This document shows, piece by piece, positions 59,193-64,000 of a stretch of DNA of 64,000 nt. Within the stretch, counting starts at the first letter, position 1, and each line of letters opens with the position of its first letter. The notes under the pieces were generated by a model. The model was given only the letters and a program-made list of their open reading frames with translations. It was not told the origin of the DNA and searched no databases. The position numbers and the translations under genes are program-made. Source of the stretch: Spirochaetota bacterium. GTDB taxonomy: Bacteria > Spirochaetota > UBA4802 > UBA5550. The DNA lies in assembly GCA_050298055.1 (NCBI GenBank), contig JBNKTL010000004.1, forward strand, positions 81,335-145,334. The letters run 5' to 3'.

Positions 59193-59556
59193 ATGACCAC
59201 TATTAATAAAAAGATAAATACAGCTTCCCTGATCCGGCAAATGAGTCAAGAAATATTTAAGATGGGCGGGGGGATGTTTCCTTTAATTTTTTCATATAAC
59301 ATTTTAAGATTTGCCACAGATATTCCTCTATTTCTTATTGCCTTTATAGCAGATTTCATTGATTATATGTTTAAGGAGTTATATGTATATTATCAATTCA
59401 TGGATATAAAAAAGAAAGGAAAAAATAAACCTCTGTGTCTCTGTATCTCTGTGGCAAATTAATAAATTTAAGAAATAAATTAAGAAAAAAGTTTGATTTT
59501 ATCGGGAAGGTTAAGAATTTTAGTATATAGTAAATGTACCTTGAGAGGAGAACCAG

Positions 59557-61713
59557 ATGGAACCTAAATGCTTCAGACATCCGGATGTTACAGGGAAATA
59601 TTACTGTTCAAAATATAACAAATATATGTGCGAAGAATGTCTCGCGTGCCTGGACCCCAATATCTACTGCAAATTCAGGAAAATGTGCATGATCTGGGAG
59701 ATAGCAAAGTTCGGGACCCCGGAACAGCAGGAGAAGGCATACGCGCTGAAGAAGGAGAAAACCGGGGCGGAGGAAAAACCGGTATCTGCAAAGATCAGGT
59801 TCGTTCCTGCGGACAAGACCTTCAGTGTTGACACCGGTACGACCATACTGGACGCGGCAAGGGACAATGACGTCTATATAAATGCCCGGTGCGGCGGCAA
59901 GGGGGTCTGCGGCAGCTGCAGGGTGAGGGTGGAGAGCGGCAGTGTGGATTCCCGGCCCACGGCGCTCTTTACGGAGGAAGACAATGAAAAAGGATTTGTC
60001 CTGGCCTGTACTTCACAGCTCACAGGAGACGTTACCGTTGAGGTCCCCGATGAAAACAGGGCGCGGGCCCTTAAAATCGTTGAAGACGCTTCCCCTATAA
60101 AGGAAGATCTTCTCCGTGAGAGGGAGATAAGTCCCCTGGTAAAGATTGTTTCCCTTGAACTGGTCCCCCCGTCACTGGATGACCCTTCCAGTGATCTTGA
60201 CAGGACACGACAGGCATTCAGGTCAATGGGGATTGATCTTACGGACCCCTGTATCAGCCTCGGGGCCCTCTCCGAACTCTCCTCAATGCTCAGGAAGCAT
60301 GACTGGAAGGTGAATATTGCCCTCCTGGACAGGGGATTTACCCGGGAGATCATCCGGACCACCGGGTATGATCATGAGGAAAAATACTACGGGCTGGCCG
60401 TTGATATGGGGACCACCTCCGTGGTGGCGTATCTTGTGGAGTTCCCGGGGGCAGAGGTGATCGGCGTGGCGTCCACGCAGAACAGGCAGGTTGTATGCGG
60501 TGAGGATGTCATATCGAGGATCATCTGCGCGAAGGGCGAAGAGGGTATGGAGAAGTTTCACGGACACGCCATCAGGACCATCAACGACCTTGTCAGCGAA
60601 CTGGTTACCGTGGCGAAGATCCGTCCCGACCGGGTCCTCTCATTTGTTCTGGCGGGAAATACGGTGATGACCCAGGGGGTGCTTCGGCTGGATCCCGGCA
60701 GTATCAGGACAGAGCCTTATGTGCCTGTTGCGGTGAGGTTTCCCGTATGGCACGCGGGGGATATCGGCATTAAGATACATCCCCTTGCCGGTCTTTATGT
60801 TATCCCGGGGAACGCGGCATATGTTGGCGGGGACATCACTTCGGGGATAGTAGCTTCCGGTCTTAACAGGCATGATGATGTTATTATGTTCATCGATGTG
60901 GGGACCAACGGGGAGATGGTTTTGGGCAACAAGGAGTGGATGCTCACGGCGTCCTGTTCCGCGGGCCCTGCATTTGAAGGGGGCGGTATCCGGCACGGCA
61001 TGAGGGCCCTGCCGGGAGCAATCGATGGTGTTGAGATAGATCCCGGGTCCTTCGAACCGAAGTGCTCGGTGATTGACGGCCTCCCTGCTGTTGGTATCTG
61101 CGGCAGCGGCATGATCACCCTCATGGGGAACATGTTTCTTACCGGGGTGCTGGATTCCTCCGGAAAGTTTAACGAAGAGATCCGGTCGGACAGGATCAGA
61201 AAAGGGGACTATGGCCCGGAGTATGTTCTCTCCCGGAAGGAGGAGAACGGGATTGAGGAGGACATCTCTATCACCGAGAGCGATATATCCATCCTGATGC
61301 AGAGCAAGGCCGCGGTCTACAGCGGGATTACCACACTCCTGAAGAGCGGCGGGATAACCATGGACGCAATCAGCATGTTCTCCATTGCCGGCGGGTTCGG
61401 AAAGTATATCGATTTTGAAATGGCAGTGGTCATGGGGCTCCTTCCCGATGTGGACCGGGAAAAGTTCCACTACCTGGGAAACAGTTCCGTTGCCGGCGCC
61501 TATCTTGCCCTGGTATCGGATGAAGCAAGAAGGGAACAGGTTGAAGTTTCAAAGAAGATGACCTACGTTGACTTCTCGTCGTCGAACCTCTTTTTCGATG
61601 AGTACCAGCAGGCAATGTTTCTTCCCCATACGGAACTCCAGAGCTTCCCCACTGTTATGGAAAAGCTGAACTCCGGGAAGGGAAAGAACGGGAAGGGAAA
61701 GAAAAAGGAGTAA
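59557..61713 (+). CDS. ATP-dependent reductive activator of corrinoid proteins (RACo/AcsV, DUF4445) with 2Fe-2S domain and extra N-terminal Cys-rich domain
   Basis: CGGKGVCGSC...VLAC (2Fe-2S), GLAVDMGTTSV, GEDVISRI, YVGGDI, DVGTNGE, CSAGPAFEGG, GICGSG, AGGFG, GNSS. Confidence 0.92.
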   Translation: MEPKCFRHPDVTGKYYCSKYNKYMCEECLACLDPNIYCKFRKMCMIWEIAKFGTPEQQEKAYALKKEKTGAEEKPVSAKIRFVPADKTFSVDTGTTILDAARDNDVYINARCGGKGVCGSCRVRVESGSVDSRPTALFTEEDNEKGFVLACTSQLTGDVTVEVPDENRARALKIVEDASPIKEDLLREREISPLVKIVSLELVPPSLDDPSSDLDRTRQAFRSMGIDLTDPCISLGALSELSSMLRKHDWKVNIALLDRGFTREIIRTTGYDHEEKYYGLAVDMGTTSVVAYLVEFPGAEVIGVASTQNRQVVCGEDVISRIICAKGEEGMEKFHGHAIRTINDLVSELVTVAKIRPDRVLSFVLAGNTVMTQGVLRLDPGSIRTEPYVPVAVRFPVWHAGDIGIKIHPLAGLYVIPGNAAYVGGDITSGIVASGLNRHDDVIMFIDVGTNGEMVLGNKEWMLTASCSAGPAFEGGGIRHGMRALPGAIDGVEIDPGSFEPKCSVIDGLPAVGICGSGMITLMGNMFLTGVLDSSGKFNEEIRSDRIRKGDYGPEYVLSRKEENGIEEDISITESDISILMQSKAAVYSGITTLLKSGGITMDAISMFSIAGGFGKYIDFEMAVVMGLLPDVDREKFHYLGNSSVAGAYLALVSDEARREQVEVSKKMTYVDFSSSNLFFDEYQQAMFLPHTELQSFPTVMEKLNSGKGKNGKGKKKE

Positions 61714-61716
61714 AAA

Positions 61717-61878
61717 ATGAGCGCCGATAACGAAGAGAGAATAAAGGAACTGGAACGGGAGATCGCCGATATTAAGGGAAGGATGCCCGCCCATTCCATC
61801 AATCCCGCAATGATCATTGAGCTTGAAGAGCTTGAGGATGAACTTGAAAAACTGAAGAAGAATAATCTCAGCCCCTGA
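61717..61878 (+). CDS. Small coiled-coil protein with PAHS motif (53 aa; not in the ORF track)
   Basis: GGAG RBS then MSADNEERIKELEREIADIKGRMPAHSINPAMIIELEELEDELEKLKKNNLSP; starts 3 nt after the RACo stop. Confidence 0.75.
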   Translation: MSADNEERIKELEREIADIKGRMPAHSINPAMIIELEELEDELEKLKKNNLSP

Positions 61879-62923
61879 ACTCTCCCCGGAGTCTCCGGGA
61901 TATCTCTTGTGTCAGCCTCATGACCTTCTCGGCCAGCTCTTCGGTAAGAGTTCCGGTACCGCAGCTGGGGGTAAGAAGAGATTGTTCCAGAAGGGCATCT
62001 TCTTTCAGCCCCCTGCTTTTCAGCTGGTTTAACAGGGCGGTAAACTTTTCCTCAACACTATCAATTGTTGCCGCTTTTGTTTTCTCAACAAAAGTGGGGA
62101 CTATTCCCCACGCGATGATCTTTCCCGCTTCAAGGTATTCGCCCAGGCCGTCAGAGTTTACGAACTTATCGGACACGATCTCATCATCCGCGTCAAAGTT
62201 GATAATATCTATTCCCAGGCCCATGAGCCTGTTCCAGTCCGCGTTGCCGCAGCAGTGCATGCCCGGTATGCCCCCCTCGTCACTTATTGCGTTTATGACC
62301 TCCCTGAAGGAGTCGTATGTCTGTTCCGGCTCCACGGAGTAGAACCCGGAACCGATCACCGAAAGAGAAGGTTCGTCTATGAATATAACAACATGGGGAA
62401 AAATCTCCCTCAGTGTCTTTATCTGCCACCGGGCGATCATGATGCAGTTCTTTACGATGGCGTCGTAAAGATCGGGTTTATAGAAAGCAAGCTTCCCGTC
62501 AACACTGTCGGTGAGAATGCCATGTGTAAGGGGACCGACGATCTGTCCCTTCACGGCAAAGAGTGAGGAGCTGTCTCTCCCCTTCAGGTATTCCGTATAG
62601 GGACCAAAACCCCTGCTGAATTCAGTGACAAGTTCAAAGTAATCAACATCATCACCGAGTACTTTTGTATAAAAGCGGTCAAGTTCTCCGGGGAGGTCTT
62701 TAGACGTATCAAAACCGGATTTTCTCTTCTCTTCATCGATAAAAAAACAGGGAAGCCTTCTGCTGTACTGGTTGTTCATCTCTTCAAGAAAGCTGAGTTT
62801 CGGCAGCTGCGGCCATATGGGGATTTCGGGTATTGTCTCATCAAGAAGCTCCAGGAGACTGTCTACTTCAGTATGAGGATAACTTCCAATGGCTGTTGTT
62901 CTTAATTCCGGTTTTTTGAGCAT
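61868..62923 (-). CDS. Core (MetE C-terminal-type) methionine synthase, probably corrinoid-protein dependent
   Basis: TTAIGSYPH, WPQLP, KGQIVGPLT, FIDEP, GMHCCG (Zn HxC), IAWGIVP, LTPSCG (Zn Cys); 351 aa, lacking the N-terminal folate-binding half. Confidence 0.85.
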   Translation of the reverse strand: MLKKPELRTTAIGSYPHTEVDSLLELLDETIPEIPIWPQLPKLSFLEEMNNQYSRRLPCFFIDEEKRKSGFDTSKDLPGELDRFYTKVLGDDVDYFELVTEFSRGFGPYTEYLKGRDSSSLFAVKGQIVGPLTHGILTDSVDGKLAFYKPDLYDAIVKNCIMIARWQIKTLREIFPHVVIFIDEPSLSVIGSGFYSVEPEQTYDSFREVINAISDEGGIPGMHCCGNADWNRLMGLGIDIINFDADDEIVSDKFVNSDGLGEYLEAGKIIAWGIVPTFVEKTKAATIDSVEEKFTALLNQLKSRGLKEDALLEQSLLTPSCGTGTLTEELAEKVMRLTQEISRRLRGEFRG

Positions 62924-63202
62924 CTTCTTTTCCTTTTTTTAATAATAATTTAAAGACTTAATATATCTCTCTTTCAATGGGGTCAATAATAAATTGCTTT
63001 TTTGGAATCCGGTACAAATAGCCATGATTTGCATGCTCTGACGGTAAACCTAATTATTTGCTTGACACGGATTTGCCCGGATTTTCATAATTCAAGCAGT
63101 ATAAATTACAGTAATGATTTTAAAATTATTTGACCTATGGAAAAATCCGAAAATATTATAGAAATCTGTCACTATGGATGCGTGTCTTTTAAGAGGTAAT
63201 GG

Positions 63203-63814
63203 ATGAATGTTAATCTTGTAATTCACAGACAGCTCAATGCGAGGGATATCCTGGTCGTAGGTGATAAGTGGAAGGAACTTTATGACTTTTTCCAGGAGGG
63301 GGCAAAAAAGTACGGGATATATTTCTACAATTTTAAAGAAGAGAGCACTCCCTTTTATATTGGAAAATGCACCGCAAAATCTTTCAATATCCTGGGAAGG
63401 GTCTGGGATGAACTTGATGACTGTGAAAGGTCGGCGAGCTGGCTCGGGAAGGACATATCCATAATAGAAGATTTTAAAAAATTCAACGAAAGTGAACCGG
63501 AAGGGAGTTCCTTAAATCCCTTTAAAAAACTCACAGGCAAAAACCAGAAAAACAGGATAAAGAGGTTCCTTGATAACCTCAAAGTCACATTCACATACCT
63601 TGACACCAGGGAGGAAGCCAGGGTCCTGGACAAGATAATATCCGACCTTGAAATCATTTTCCAAAACAAATTGATAGAGAGAGATATACTGAGCAAATCC
63701 TGGATTGACACAAAGGACTTTAATGATCCCGAACATGCAAAGGATTATGTGATAAATCCCGTATACAATATTAAGGGATCTTATATCCGTATTGATGAAA
63801 CACTTTTCTTGTAA
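63203..63814 (+). CDS. Hypothetical protein, GIY-YIG nuclease-like
   Basis: YGIYFY...FYIGK...NILGRV, and a later conserved-looking Glu (DLEI). Confidence 0.55.
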   Translation: MNVNLVIHRQLNARDILVVGDKWKELYDFFQEGAKKYGIYFYNFKEESTPFYIGKCTAKSFNILGRVWDELDDCERSASWLGKDISIIEDFKKFNESEPEGSSLNPFKKLTGKNQKNRIKRFLDNLKVTFTYLDTREEARVLDKIISDLEIIFQNKLIERDILSKSWIDTKDFNDPEHAKDYVINPVYNIKGSYIRIDETLFL

Positions 63815-63888
63815 CTTACGGCTGTTCTTCGTATCTTTTTGTCCTAATTCTTCCTTGACAAAGTCCTGCCGCTAAAAATCATCGTAAT

Positions 63889-64000
63889 CTACTCAGCTTT
63901 TTGGATAAAACAGATGTATTAAATAAAATAGAAGCAATATGTCCCCGCCCCCGTCGGCGGCGGGGACCAAAAAGTTAAATTTTTAAATACAAATATTTTT
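63889..64000. mobile_element. Second copy of the MITE-like element (cut by the window edge)
   Basis: CTACTCAGCT at 63889, followed 49 nt later by ATATGTCCCCGCCCCCGTCGGCGGCGGGGAC; spacing and hairpin match the 13446 element. Confidence 0.65.

Overview
Chromosomal window from an anaerobic-looking, flagellated Spirochaetota bacterium related to the Leptospira branch. The lineage call is inferred from a clear FcpA flagellar-coiling protein homologue with its own sigma28-type promoter. Housekeeping genes (serS, lepA, cysS, rlmB, murB, folK, panB, panP, folB, folE, thyA, a stand-alone AICAR transformylase) are interleaved with accessory blocks. (1) A 9.7 kb co-oriented porin-cytochrome cluster (43.1-52.8 kb) encodes five c-type cytochromes with about 71 hand-counted heme motifs and an outer-membrane beta-barrel. 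One cytochrome is a 32-heme lipoprotein elongated by a recent 504-bp tandem duplication. The cluster is a candidate extracellular electron transfer conduit in a phylum not known for one. It sits with umuDC/SRAP and a class IIC group II intron between folK and panB. (2) An AT-rich two-gene island after serS (N6-adenine methyltransferase plus a small PD-(D/E)XK-like protein) is a candidate defence system. (3) Two apparent pseudo-enzymes: an RtcA-like protein lacking the catalytic motifs, and a degenerate 5'-nucleotidase fused to a beta-barrel. (4) An orphan Rpn C-terminus with an internal RBS, a chimeric capA/rtcA duplication scar, and a recurrent intergenic element with 17-bp terminal inverted repeats around variable palindromic cores. 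All calls come from reading the sequence and from recalled family motifs; no database searches were run.
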